Shown piece by piece: positions 9,591-18,912 of a DNA stretch of 64,000 nt (position 1 is its first letter; each line of letters opens with the position of its first letter). The DNA is taken from the IMG/VR virus record IMGVR_UViG_3300009183_004450. One strand, given 5' to 3'. The translations under genes and the position numbers were made by a program. This DNA is from an uncultured virus (IMG/VR IMGVR_UViG_3300009183_004450). Its lineage: Duplodnaviria; Heunggongvirae; Uroviricota; Caudoviricetes. The notes beneath the pieces are model-generated. The model made no database searches, had not been told where the DNA came from, and worked only from the letters and a program-made list of their open reading frames with translations.

Positions 9591-9601
9591 GTAGTACTCA
9601 G

Positions 9602-10630
9602 TTATGCTGCTTTCATGCAAGTTGTTTGAGCCAGTGCCTGCCATTTGGTTGGAAAGCTCTTGTACAATTGCCCAATCTTGATTGCCATACGCAGGCTCAT
9701 TTCACGCAACTTATTTTTGTTGACGTTCATGAACTCAATGATCTCGTCTTGACCAACGTCACTGATGTCCATGTCTGCAAACAATTCGCCGCTACGTGCA
9801 ATCTGCTTGATACGCAACACCTTGTCACGCATGGTGTCTAGTGTTAGATCCAAGTAGTGGCAGCGTGACTGCAGTGCATCCAAGTGATCACGCAACTTTT
9901 GCGATTTCATTTTGTCAAACTTAAGATTAGTAATAAAAATTACTGAACCGTGAAAGTTAAATGAATCTGGGATGCCTTCGCGGCGCAGAGTACTAGACTC
10001 CGACAACCACGAAATCTTACGCTTCTTGCCTGAGTCTAAGGCGCCTTTCAGCAAGTTCAAACTTACATCGTCGAGCAAAATGCTGTCGCAATCGTCAAAC
10101 ACAACCACACAGTTTGGATCCGAATACTTGTACAGTGTTTGATACAAGCCAATTGGTGTTGCACTACCTTTGACGACTTCTGCACGTAATCTCTTACCTG
10201 CAATTTGGTCAAACAACGTGGCCTTCTCAACTTCTTGCTCAACGCCGTAGCTCTTGCCCACACCAGGAGGACCACTCACAATCATCGCACGGATGTCGCC
10301 GCTGACAGCCGCCTTGGTCATCTCAGTAAGAATTTCAAAACGTTCAGCAATTTCAGCCATACGCTCGTCATCTGTTTGTGTAGCAGCAACTTCTGCTTCA
10401 ATACACTCTGCTACTGCTACGTCACCTTCAGTGACAAATTCGTAATCAGAAACACCATTGACTTTGACACGAATGTCTTCCGGGAAGCCCTGAAATTGTC
10501 CGCCATTCTTAACAGTCACGTACCCACCTTTAACACCTGATTTAAATTGTTCTACCAATTGAAACACCTTACCAGAAACGTCAGTAGTGCGATATGCACC
10601 TGACTTAATACGAACAAATGCGTTTGACAT
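9602..10630 (-). CDS. AAA+ ATPase (early gene)
   Basis: Walker A GPPGVGKS, Walker B VVVFDD, IFITN, ALQSR. Confidence 0.85.
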   Translation of the reverse strand: MSNAFVRIKSGAYRTTDVSGKVFQLVEQFKSGVKGGYVTVKNGGQFQGFPEDIRVKVNGVSDYEFVTEGDVAVAECIEAEVAATQTDDERMAEIAERFEILTEMTKAAVSGDIRAMIVSGPPGVGKSYGVEQEVEKATLFDQIAGKRLRAEVVKGSATPIGLYQTLYKYSDPNCVVVFDDCDSILLDDVSLNLLKGALDSGKKRKISWLSESSTLRREGIPDSFNFHGSVIFITNLKFDKMKSQKLRDHLDALQSRCHYLDLTLDTMRDKVLRIKQIARSGELFADMDISDVGQDEIIEFMNVNKNKLREMSLRMAIKIGQLYKSFPTKWQALAQTTCMKAA

Positions 10631-10660
10631 TACAGGCTCCTTATTAGTTAATATACAGCT

Positions 10661-10689
10661 ATTATAGCAAACGGGCGATTTTTTGTCAA
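10661..10689 (-). promoter_or_regulatory. Early sigma70 promoter
   Basis: TTGACA-17-TATAAT with extended TG; SD TAAGGAG downstream. Confidence 0.88.
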
Positions 10690-11030
10690 GCCGCTTTTAG
10701 TTGCTTAACCAACAGCTTAGGCGTTGCGCCTTTGGTAACCATCATCCAGCCTGTTGTGTCTACTAAATCAACCTCTACAATCTCAAACTTAATGCCAAGA
10801 CTTTTCATTACTTTGTTAACAGATTGTAAAGCAGCCACAATGCCCGCTTCACAGGCTTGGTATTCGTCTTGGGTTGCGTCATTAAATCCTGCATTGTCCA
10901 AAATGCCTTCTACTGCTGATTGAAAATCATAAGCCCCATCCAGTATTAACAACTTGTTAATTTTTTTAATTTCTGCATCTGGCAGCTCTTGGCATACAGC
11001 TTCTAAATCAAAAGTTTTTAGTGTCTTCAT
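10686..11030 (-). CDS. Hypothetical early protein
   Basis: Own promoter and strong SD. Confidence 0.7.
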   Translation of the reverse strand: MKTLKTFDLEAVCQELPDAEIKKINKLLILDGAYDFQSAVEGILDNAGFNDATQDEYQACEAGIVAALQSVNKVMKSLGIKFEIVEVDLVDTTGWMMVTKGATPKLLVKQLKAA

Positions 11031-11062
11031 TTGTTACGCTCCTTATTAGTTACTATACACAT

Positions 11063-11091
11063 ATTATAGCAAAACGGGTATTTTTAGTCTA
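11063..11091 (-). promoter_or_regulatory. Early sigma70 promoter
   Basis: TAGACT-17-TATAAT with extended TG. Confidence 0.82.
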
Positions 11092-11100
11092 CCGTTTTTT

Positions 11101-11373
11101 TTATATTTCTAAAGTTGCTACTTTTGCAAGTGCTTTATCAAAATTTGTTACTATGCTGAAGTTAGCATAATTGTAACGTTTGCAAAGAGTTAACAAATAT
11201 GCATGTAGTTGCTCTAAAGTTGTTACATTGTTAACATCAGAAACGTATAATGCTTTTGTGCTATTAAATGTAGGGTAGTTATGCACAGCAATGCGTAACA
11301 CGTACTCATTTTTTATTGCTTTTGCGTTAACACGTACAAAAAGGGTACTATTTGCAGTAGTTACATATTGCAT
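11101..11373 (-). CDS. Hypothetical early protein
   Basis: Own promoter and SD CAGGAG. Confidence 0.7.
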   Translation of the reverse strand: MQYVTTANSTLFVRVNAKAIKNEYVLRIAVHNYPTFNSTKALYVSDVNNVTTLEQLHAYLLTLCKRYNYANFSIVTNFDKALAKVATLEI

Positions 11374-11403
11374 AATGTGCTCCTGTTTTGTTAGTAACAG
11401 TGC

Positions 11404-11432
11404 ATTATAGCAAATTAGGACTTTTAGGTCAA
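11404..11432 (-). promoter_or_regulatory. Early sigma70 promoter
   Basis: TTGACC-17-TATAAT with extended TG. Confidence 0.85.
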
Positions 11433-11441
11433 TGTTGTTTT

Positions 11442-11663
11442 TTAGCGACGGTACCGTCTTACGTGATGAAAGATACGCGGAGTTGTAGTGTTTTTAGTTC
11501 CCGGATCTCCACCTACATTTAAACGAAGATCAGGGCTAATATTCTTGGTAAGAGCGTTGACATAGAGTGCCATTCCGCCATTGGTGGTGCGTATTAAACA
11601 TAGTCCCTCATTGTTGGTAACCATGTACATGGATATTCCGTTATCGTCGTCGACATAGAGCAT
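11442..11663 (-). CDS. Hypothetical protein
   Basis: 73 aa; TAAATA box 4 nt before the ATG; overlaps the upstream gene by 70 nt. Confidence 0.5.
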   Translation of the reverse strand: MLYVDDDNGISMYMVTNNEGLCLIRTTNGGMALYVNALTKNISPDLRLNVGGDPGTKNTTTPRIFHHVRRYRR

Positions 11664-12067
11664 ACCCTATTTATTGCTTCATCCAATTGGACCAGGGGTA
11701 CACCGTTCTCCTGATAGCCTTCTGTGACCATATCCAAGTATCCTTGCCCGGGTGCTTCAAGTCCGTCTTGATCTACCATTTGATAAGTCATTGCAGACAC
11801 TAGGTATTTGCCTGTATTGACCATGACATGAGATCTGGTATAATAATAAGGGTAACCTTCTAGGCTGTCTAACGCTCGACGATGAGTTTTATCAATATCC
11901 CACAGTACGCCGTAAACACGGGCACCAGGTAATTTTTCTATATCAGCATGAGTTCTAAACTCAAATTGATAGTTGTCGGCCCAGGCCATGCCCAAGCAAA
12001 CTGCACCCGGGCAACGACGTGCCATTTGGTCCAGGTTTGTGTTCATTCCGTATGCAAAGTATTTCAT
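11594..12067 (-). CDS. Gamma-glutamylcyclotransferase (AIG2-like)
   Basis: YFAYGMN, VYGVLW, LDSLEG motifs. Confidence 0.85.
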   Translation of the reverse strand: MKYFAYGMNTNLDQMARRCPGAVCLGMAWADNYQFEFRTHADIEKLPGARVYGVLWDIDKTHRRALDSLEGYPYYYTRSHVMVNTGKYLVSAMTYQMVDQDGLEAPGQGYLDMVTEGYQENGVPLVQLDEAINRVCSMSTTITEYPCTWLPTMRDYV

Positions 12068-12097
12068 TAAATGAATTAACAATATTAAAGAGTAGCA

Positions 12098-12126
12098 ATT
12101 GTAGCAAATATCCCATTTACTGTCAA
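12098..12126 (-). promoter_or_regulatory. Early sigma70 promoter
   Basis: TTGACA-17-TACAAT with extended TG. Confidence 0.8.
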
Positions 12127-12560
12127 CTGTACACCCATCCTAAATTTTCCAATTGATGAATCCATAAAAATATGGGAGTTTCAAATTCTAATTCCCAACG
12201 TCCGTTCCAACCCATGAATGTAGCACTTGGTTGATATTCAGGTAAAGACTCCGGCTGCTGACTGGCCCATGGCTCCGGGTATACGGGATAATATTTTCCA
12301 GCCCATTTAAATCGATCCAATGTCATTCCTTCAAAACCAACTGAGACAATTTCTACGGCCATGTCTGGTGTTTCGTCGGTTTTGCTATTAAAATGTAAAA
12401 TGAATTTTTGAAGTCCAGGATTAAAATTACAATCAAATACAAGTTCTGTGATTTCAGTCAACGTTAGAGTGCTATGCTGATTTCCTACACTGTACGTCAC
12501 AATTGGATCAACTGCCCCGTGAGGTTTCAAAATTATCTTAAACTGGGTATTCATATCCAA
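12123..12560 (-). CDS. Hypothetical protein
   Basis: 145-aa ORF coupled to the radical SAM gene. Confidence 0.6.
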   Translation of the reverse strand: MDMNTQFKIILKPHGAVDPIVTYSVGNQHSTLTLTEITELVFDCNFNPGLQKFILHFNSKTDETPDMAVEIVSVGFEGMTLDRFKWAGKYYPVYPEPWASQQPESLPEYQPSATFMGWNGRWELEFETPIFLWIHQLENLGWVYS

Positions 12561-13845
12561 TGTCTACTAGAAAATCTTTGTATTCTGGATAATAGTCAAA
12601 TGCATTGAGTTTGTATTCTTTGTCCCATCTCATTAGCCACAATGACAATTCTCGTCTAAGATCGTCAATATTGCTTGGCTCTGAAGCATCAAGCATAGCC
12701 ATCACTGATCTGCACTCGCGAAGTAATTGTTGTGCTAAATTACCAACATTACGCCCTGTTGTAATTGTTTTTATGTTTGGCTGTTGTTGCTCCAAAAACA
12801 ATTCTAATTTAATATATTTTTCTTTGATCTTTTTGCGTATTGATAAAGGTAACACCAATATTTGTAAATATGCCGGATCTACTAGAGGAATGCCTTGTAT
12901 GGGCAACTGATTGTCCCAGGCCCACATGATATATTCATCATAATTGTTAATGTTTAACAACTGCGGAACAGATCTTATCACTAAGTGAAATTGATCAGAT
13001 TGTTGTTCTTTTAACCAATATATATTTTTTAAAACATCTTTTATATTTGACCCTTGTCTTATATAATCATTGTTACGGTTAACACTTTCAATGCTGATTT
13101 CAATATCAAATGATTTAAATTTTTTTAATTTTTGTATTATGTCAGGATTAATCAAAGTGCCGTTGGATACAAAACTAATGGACATTGACGTTCGGTCAGC
13201 TTCTATCAAAAAATCTAACAATTCAACAAATCGTTTGTTTAGTAAAGGCTCGCCGCCCATGAAATGTAATCTATTCAATTCAGGAACGTTTAATATACTG
13301 TTGGTAAAATTATCCCACGCAGCAGTTTCTCTCGTCCAATTTTGATTTGCTGATTGATCAATCAGTTTCCATTTTACATACATGTTGGATATGACACTAC
13401 TGGCCCTAGGAAGGCACATTTTACAGGCCAAATTACATTCATTACCCAAATCCACATGCCAGTCAATTGGCTGTTTTGATGTGACTCCATCAGACGATTC
13501 AAATTCTTTGTAATAAGGACTTTGTTGATAACTGCGGTCAAATGCTTGTTCTGTGAATATAACAGATTTAAAATTTTCCTTTATACGACGACTTTCATAA
13601 CCGTAATTTTCTTCACGGTAACATCCTCGACAAGCTGGAATTGGATCGTTGGAAGTGATACTCTTTCTGAATTTTTTCATTGGTTCAGAATTGTACCAGG
13701 TATCTACTGTTATATTTTTTAAATTATATTTTGCAGAATCACGATGCGGCGGTTCTTTTTCGCTGCAACAGACTCCGTAACTACCGTCCCAATAGATATG
13801 TGTGTTTGTCCAAGGAACGTTACAAAATATCTTTTTATTAGGCAT
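12538..13845 (-). CDS. Radical SAM protein with N-terminal SPASM/twitch-like domain
   Basis: CNLACKMC, GGEP, N-terminal C..PW/CC/CRGC. Confidence 0.9.
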   Translation of the reverse strand: MPNKKIFCNVPWTNTHIYWDGSYGVCCSEKEPPHRDSAKYNLKNITVDTWYNSEPMKKFRKSITSNDPIPACRGCYREENYGYESRRIKENFKSVIFTEQAFDRSYQQSPYYKEFESSDGVTSKQPIDWHVDLGNECNLACKMCLPRASSVISNMYVKWKLIDQSANQNWTRETAAWDNFTNSILNVPELNRLHFMGGEPLLNKRFVELLDFLIEADRTSMSISFVSNGTLINPDIIQKLKKFKSFDIEISIESVNRNNDYIRQGSNIKDVLKNIYWLKEQQSDQFHLVIRSVPQLLNINNYDEYIMWAWDNQLPIQGIPLVDPAYLQILVLPLSIRKKIKEKYIKLELFLEQQQPNIKTITTGRNVGNLAQQLLRECRSVMAMLDASEPSNIDDLRRELSLWLMRWDKEYKLNAFDYYPEYKDFLVDIGYEYPV

Positions 13846-13846
13846 G

Positions 13847-14626
13847 CTAAGACAGCGTTAGCTGCAGTTTAGTTAAATCTGCACAGGTGTATTTTTGATA
13901 ACTGTATGCTAAGTGTTCAGGAAATGGTATGCGCTCGATTAAGGCACCATACTGATTGGCAATTTCTCGTGCAACATCCATAAAGGATCGAATTTTACCT
14001 GTACCAATATTCCAAATACCGCTTTCCTTGATGTCACGCCAGACAAAAGCAGTTTGAACATCAATCACTTGTTCTACAGAAACAAAATCTCTATAGAAGT
14101 TTTCACTGCCTTCGAATACTTTGATAATACCAGTGAGCTGAGCTTGTAGAGTAAATTGATAGTACGGGCTAGCTTGAGATCCTTTGTGTCTTTCGTTCTC
14201 ACCATGGACATTAAAGTATCTAAATCCTTGGCATTGAATTGGTGACGGATTTTTCTCGATGTAGTGTTCAAAGAGATACTTGGACCATGCGTATGGACTG
14301 CGAGGATCAACTGGTGCGGACTCGGTAAAATCTGTGCCAAGTCCATATACACTAGCTGAACTTGACCATTGAAGATTAACATTGTGCTTGGTGCACTCAT
14401 CGTATAACCATATACAAAAATCTGTGTTCTGCCGCATTACCTTTGCAACATCACGTTCAGTAGTTGAACTAATGGCACCAAAATGAAATACCCAATCTAG
14501 GCCTTCAATGCGTGGAAGTTTATTTTCTTCCCATTCATAGGTAACGATTTCGTGATCGGTCTTGCGCCAGAAGCGTTCAGCGTGGCTTCCTATAAAGCCT
14601 CTATTACCTGTTATTAATATTTTCAA
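13847..14626 (-). CDS. hldD: ADP-L-glycero-D-manno-heptose 6-epimerase-like
   Basis: HFGAISSTTE, SSASVYG, YAWSK, FRYFNVHG, YQKYTCAD. Confidence 0.85.
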   Translation of the reverse strand: MKILITGNRGFIGSHAERFWRKTDHEIVTYEWEENKLPRIEGLDWVFHFGAISSTTERDVAKVMRQNTDFCIWLYDECTKHNVNLQWSSSASVYGLGTDFTESAPVDPRSPYAWSKYLFEHYIEKNPSPIQCQGFRYFNVHGENERHKGSQASPYYQFTLQAQLTGIIKVFEGSENFYRDFVSVEQVIDVQTAFVWRDIKESGIWNIGTGKIRSFMDVAREIANQYGALIERIPFPEHLAYSYQKYTCADLTKLQLTLS

Positions 14627-15020
14627 TTGTTTTAGTGGTTGAGTAATTTGGTATTAATTCATAAAACTTAATGATGTTGCAATACTTTGCTCCAGTAATT
14701 GGCCGACCTCGATAGTCACTGCCTTTAACCATCAAGTCAGGTCTATACATTTTACAAATATGTTCTAGTTCCGCTTGATCATCAAAGATCCATACAGCAT
14801 CCACACACTTAAGATTGTCTAATGCAAATTTACGATCTTCTTGATTATTAACTGGGCGGCTTTCGCCTTTTAAACTTTTTACTAATGTATCTGAATCTAT
14901 TGCTACTAGCAAATACGAACCTTGACTTTTTGCATAGTTGAGCATTTCAATATGCCCACGATGCAAGATATCAAATGTTCCATTAACTATTACTCTTCTG
15001 GCTATCCCCGGGTTGTACAC
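14604..15020 (-). CDS. Heptose-1-phosphate nucleotidyltransferase (HldE C-terminal domain-like)
   Basis: NGTFDILHRGH, KGESRP, VKGSDY, YSTT; GTG start with GAGGA SD. Confidence 0.88.
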   Translation of the reverse strand: MYNPGIARRVIVNGTFDILHRGHIEMLNYAKSQGSYLLVAIDSDTLVKSLKGESRPVNNQEDRKFALDNLKCVDAVWIFDDQAELEHICKMYRPDLMVKGSDYRGRPITGAKYCNIIKFYELIPNYSTTKTIENINNR

Positions 15021-15354
15021 GATAATTGTCCTCTACTGAGTCTGGAGTTGAAACTTCTATTATAGTACCTGCATCTATACAAATCAATTGGTGTGGAAAG
15101 AAAGTTTTATTGTGCCAAGTATCTCCTGGCTTGAGCATGGATTCATGTTGTTCTGCAGTCTTTGTGTCAATCCATCGAACAATAAACTCTCCGCTAATTA
15201 CATACCACGTTTCATCTTTTTCAACATGAAAGTGCATGCTGAATCTTGCACCTGTGTTAAATTTCATTAGTTTGCCACAGTATTTGTCGTTGGTTGCAAA
15301 TATAAATTCGCTACCCCAACCTTTTGCTACATATCCCTCAAGCCTTGTACTCAC
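14983..15354 (-). CDS. Cupin (sugar isomerase-like)
   Basis: KGWGSE, SMHFHVEKDETW, IIEVSTPD. Confidence 0.8.
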   Translation of the reverse strand: MSTRLEGYVAKGWGSEFIFATNDKYCGKLMKFNTGARFSMHFHVEKDETWYVISGEFIVRWIDTKTAEQHESMLKPGDTWHNKTFFPHQLICIDAGTIIEVSTPDSVEDNYRVQPGDSQKSNS

Positions 15355-16078
15355 GATTTATCTCCGTTACTGTTGGACTGTATACACCAACATGTTGTAT
15401 TGTAACACTTGATGCCTTAGTTGCAAAATTAATTGCCTTCAAAATATCTTTTGTAATAACATACTCATATGCCAGTGACGCAAGAAATGTATCACCTGCA
15501 CCACATACGTCAAATGCTTCTACTTGTGGTGTACTTATTTTGTGTTCTTTATACTTTACACCATTACGACCTAGAGTAACAATAAGTTCTGTTGGATATG
15601 TTTTAGCGTCATTGTGTTCTTTTTCATTGATCTTAACATAGCATCCTTCAAATCTAGCTAGATCAGTTTTTTTAGTATCAACAAAAATAGGACCTGCGTA
15701 GTTCTTTCTTAGATTTTCAATAGTTTCGTACTCAACTGATCCTTTATTATAATCACTAACAACAACAGCATCGTATTGATCAAGTGTAGCATAGTCAAGT
15801 TTAACTGGTTTAGACATCTCGTCCTGATCAATTCTAACTAGATGTTGTTTGCTTTTACTGTCAATAATTCTAGTTTTTGTGCAGGTTCTAATACCATGTA
15901 CAAATTCCACTTCACATCCTAGACTTTCTAAATTATCACGTACATTAGCAGCCATGCCAGGTTTAGTTACAGTATGTGTGTAATTAATAACAGGCACCGG
16001 TGCCTCGGGGCTTATACGACTCACGGTCCCGTATTGATATTGGTCTACGCCATTATCGCCAACTAATAAAATTTTCAT
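15338..16078 (-). CDS. Heptose-7-phosphate kinase (HldE N-terminal, PfkB family)
   Basis: RISPEAPVPV, SDYNKG, DVCGAGDTF. Confidence 0.9.
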   Translation of the reverse strand: MKILLVGDNGVDQYQYGTVSRISPEAPVPVINYTHTVTKPGMAANVRDNLESLGCEVEFVHGIRTCTKTRIIDSKSKQHLVRIDQDEMSKPVKLDYATLDQYDAVVVSDYNKGSVEYETIENLRKNYAGPIFVDTKKTDLARFEGCYVKINEKEHNDAKTYPTELIVTLGRNGVKYKEHKISTPQVEAFDVCGAGDTFLASLAYEYVITKDILKAINFATKASSVTIQHVGVYSPTVTEINREYKA

Positions 16079-16079
16079 T

Positions 16080-16841
16080 TTAGAAGTATTGGCAGTTGGG
16101 TCTAGGAAAGTAGCATTCATTATTTTGTAATGGTTTAATTTTAATTGTTTCTAGTACAGAACTTTTACCAAGTCCCATTGCTATACTGTATGCTGCACTT
16201 TGATTGCCCATAAACAAATCTGCGCCGGCAATTACATCAGCCAGTTCTTTAAAGTCTTGCACTGGATAATAGTCTACACGAAATCCTGTGCTTTTTTCAA
16301 AATCTTCATGCTCATCTTTGTTGCCAACAAACACACCAGTTTGTGCAATATTGGCTTGTTCTAATAACCCTTGCCAGGCGCCGGTTCCTTCGGGGCAACG
16401 ATATCTAAACGTTCTATTAATAACCACAGGTGCAATAGTTTTGGCATCTGCTTGTAACCAAGTTTCATTTAATACTTCAGCGTTAAACGGTAATCCAAAT
16501 GTCAAGTGATATGCTTGCACATAGTTACCTTCAAATCCACGGAACAACACACCGCGGAATCGATCTAGATCAACATCGGCTTCTGCATCACCTGGGTGCC
16601 ATTTGGTTACTCCGTTAATGTACTCTTGTCTTAATAACAAAGGTAACAATAAATCAAAGTCCTTGTCGTTGAATCGACCCTTGTGCATGACATCCACTTC
16701 ATCAGGACGATACCCGTATTGGGCTACACAGTTTTCAATGTTACCTATAGCAAATTCAATATCACCACCGCCCATCTTTTTTACTACACTTAGGCCGTAG
16801 ATCAAATCGCCAAATGTTCCCGAATGTTTATATGTTTTCAT
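16080..16841 (-). CDS. Divergent GT9-like glycosyltransferase
   Basis: SGTFGDLI; LADVIAGADLFMGNQS. Confidence 0.65.
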   Translation of the reverse strand: MKTYKHSGTFGDLIYGLSVVKKMGGGDIEFAIGNIENCVAQYGYRPDEVDVMHKGRFNDKDFDLLLPLLLRQEYINGVTKWHPGDAEADVDLDRFRGVLFRGFEGNYVQAYHLTFGLPFNAEVLNETWLQADAKTIAPVVINRTFRYRCPEGTGAWQGLLEQANIAQTGVFVGNKDEHEDFEKSTGFRVDYYPVQDFKELADVIAGADLFMGNQSAAYSIAMGLGKSSVLETIKIKPLQNNECYFPRPNCQYF

Positions 16842-17710
16842 AGTAACTCTAATATATTACGTGCAATTTTTTCTGCATCAAAACTGTTGCTGCAACGATA
16901 ATCACCGTGTTTGCATACGACTTGACTGACAGGACGCTGTTGAACATCATTGCATCCAACACAATCTACATTAGACAATATTGGTGTCACTGCTTTCCAT
17001 TGTGGCACAATGCGTTCAGGCAATAGATGCGTATGTAAACTAATAATATGTGTGTCGCTTGCTGATGCAATATGGTAAGGACCACTGTCAATACCAACAA
17101 AACACACTGCACGATCCATTAATAGTTTTTGTTGTTGCACATTTAGAATATTCCTAGCATCGACAAACAAAGGGTGTTCAACTGTTCCATCAGTACTGCT
17201 ACCAACTGTGACAATTTTGAAATCAGTTCTAGTAGAAAACAACTTTTCAAATACAGAGTACCAAGTGTCCCAACTCATGTTTTTCAATGCCCAATGCCAT
17301 TGTCTAATGTGTATAACAATAAACTTATCTAATTCGTTAGTTTGACAAAATGTATCAACAACTGCGGTGTCTGTGTCACCGGGAAATAATTCTACTGCTC
17401 GATTATCCACTGTTGATGTGCCAAAAGCGCGATAGAAATAACTGTCCACGTAATTATTAAGTGGATTAAGTTCGTAGGCATTATCCAAATTAATGTATAG
17501 ATCATAATTTTTTACGTCGGGCATTGCCTCGGTATGATAGATAGCTCTCACATGTGGATTGTTATCGTACACATTAGGGAACTCTGTAGCAATATCAATC
17601 TCACAGTTGTACTTTTTCTTGAGTTCTCGCACAACGCCAGTACTCATTATAACATCACCTAGTGCTGCACGTCTACGTACTAAAATCTGTGTTGGTCGTT
17701 CAATATTCAA
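16838..17710 (-). CDS. GT9 heptosyltransferase-like
   Basis: ALGDVIM; FVGIDSGPYHIA; Cys-rich C-terminus. Confidence 0.85.
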   Translation of the reverse strand: MNIERPTQILVRRRAALGDVIMSTGVVRELKKKYNCEIDIATEFPNVYDNNPHVRAIYHTEAMPDVKNYDLYINLDNAYELNPLNNYVDSYFYRAFGTSTVDNRAVELFPGDTDTAVVDTFCQTNELDKFIVIHIRQWHWALKNMSWDTWYSVFEKLFSTRTDFKIVTVGSSTDGTVEHPLFVDARNILNVQQQKLLMDRAVCFVGIDSGPYHIASASDTHIISLHTHLLPERIVPQWKAVTPILSNVDCVGCNDVQQRPVSQVVCKHGDYRCSNSFDAEKIARNILELL

Positions 17711-18911
17711 CTTCTACCTCGGGAAAGTAACGTAGGAATCTATCATCGGAATTTGTGCGCTGTGCAAGTATTTTTGTTTTAATTTCTGTGTACACATTCC
17801 ATGCTAACGGAACAAATAACACTCGGTCTGTTTCTGCTAACTCTTTAAGATAATATGAGCCAACAATAGGAATATCTCTACCAGGACTGTATGTGCCTTG
17901 TTTTAGTAGATTGTCGTCTATAATGACATCAAGATCAACTTGTGCGTAGTTTAATAGTGTCATGCCTTTGGCAGCAGCGCCGTAGCCAACTAACCAATAG
18001 CCGGCCTTTTTATATTCTGCACAGGTTGTAGCGAATCCATCTTTAATAAAAGCGGCAGCATTGGCCCACTGAGTGTACACAGATGGATCTAATAGATCCG
18101 CTTCCATGGCCAATAGGTTCTTGACATGCTTGGGTTTTAGGTTACTGGTACTTAATACAAACACATAACTGGTACCATGTATTGGTGTTTTAACAGCATC
18201 AACTAGGTACATACCAGCACGTTGAGCTAGTCCGTACATGGAATTAATATTATAGAAATTGACATGCTCATGATACACAGTATCAAACTCTCCATTACGT
18301 ACCATGTCAGCTTGACTAGTCTGTATAAAGAACAATCCTTTTTCTTTCATCAAGGGTGCAAGCAATTTTAGATACTGAACCGGATCAGGATTATGTGCAA
18401 AAGCATTTTGTGCAACCACAATGTCAAAACGATCATGTTCCAATTGCTTAATACTTTTCTTATCCCAGAAGCCGCATACTATATTGTGTCCTTTTTGTGT
18501 GCTAGTTGTGTATAGATTTTCCGCAGGATCTACACCGTATGTGTTAAATCCCAAATTAGCAAACGCATCCAATTGACTACCATCATTACAGCCAATATCT
18601 AGAACATGCCCACGCCAACGGTCTGAATATTCCCGTGCCCATTTGGCAAACCATTTCATGTAATCCAAATACGTTTGACTAGTGCCGCTAACATAAGCAT
18701 AATCGCGATAAATTATTTCAGGATCTACTACATGAGTTAATTGTAAATGACAGCAGTTGGTACAACGATTTACTGCCAAGGGATACGTTTCATTCTTGCC
18801 AGGCTCGGGTAAAAAATTATTGGCTAACGGTTGCTCGCCAAGATCTAATTCTAATTTTAAATTGGTCCTACCGCAGGCAAGACATTCGTTAAGTTCTGTG
18901 CAATTGTTCAT
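17700..18911 (-). CDS. NDP-hexose C-methyltransferase
   Basis: CLAC..LDLGEQPLAN, DIGCNDG, FDTVYHEH, HGTS, GYGAAAKG. Confidence 0.9.
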   Translation of the reverse strand: MNNCTELNECLACGRTNLKLELDLGEQPLANNFLPEPGKNETYPLAVNRCTNCCHLQLTHVVDPEIIYRDYAYVSGTSQTYLDYMKWFAKWAREYSDRWRGHVLDIGCNDGSQLDAFANLGFNTYGVDPAENLYTTSTQKGHNIVCGFWDKKSIKQLEHDRFDIVVAQNAFAHNPDPVQYLKLLAPLMKEKGLFFIQTSQADMVRNGEFDTVYHEHVNFYNINSMYGLAQRAGMYLVDAVKTPIHGTSYVFVLSTSNLKPKHVKNLLAMEADLLDPSVYTQWANAAAFIKDGFATTCAEYKKAGYWLVGYGAAAKGMTLLNYAQVDLDVIIDDNLLKQGTYSPGRDIPIVGSYYLKELAETDRVLFVPLAWNVYTEIKTKILAQRTNSDDRFLRYFPEVEVEY

Positions 18912-18912
18912 A

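Noticed and set aside
11594..11663. 70-nt overlap of the cyclotransferase with the next ORF as a recoding signal
   Set aside because: No slippery site; the downstream ORF has its own late box, so a simple C-terminal extension is likelier
14975..15025. Frameshift fusion of the cupin and nucleotidyltransferase
   Set aside because: The GTG at 15020 has a well-spaced GAGGA SD, so independent initiation explains the overlap
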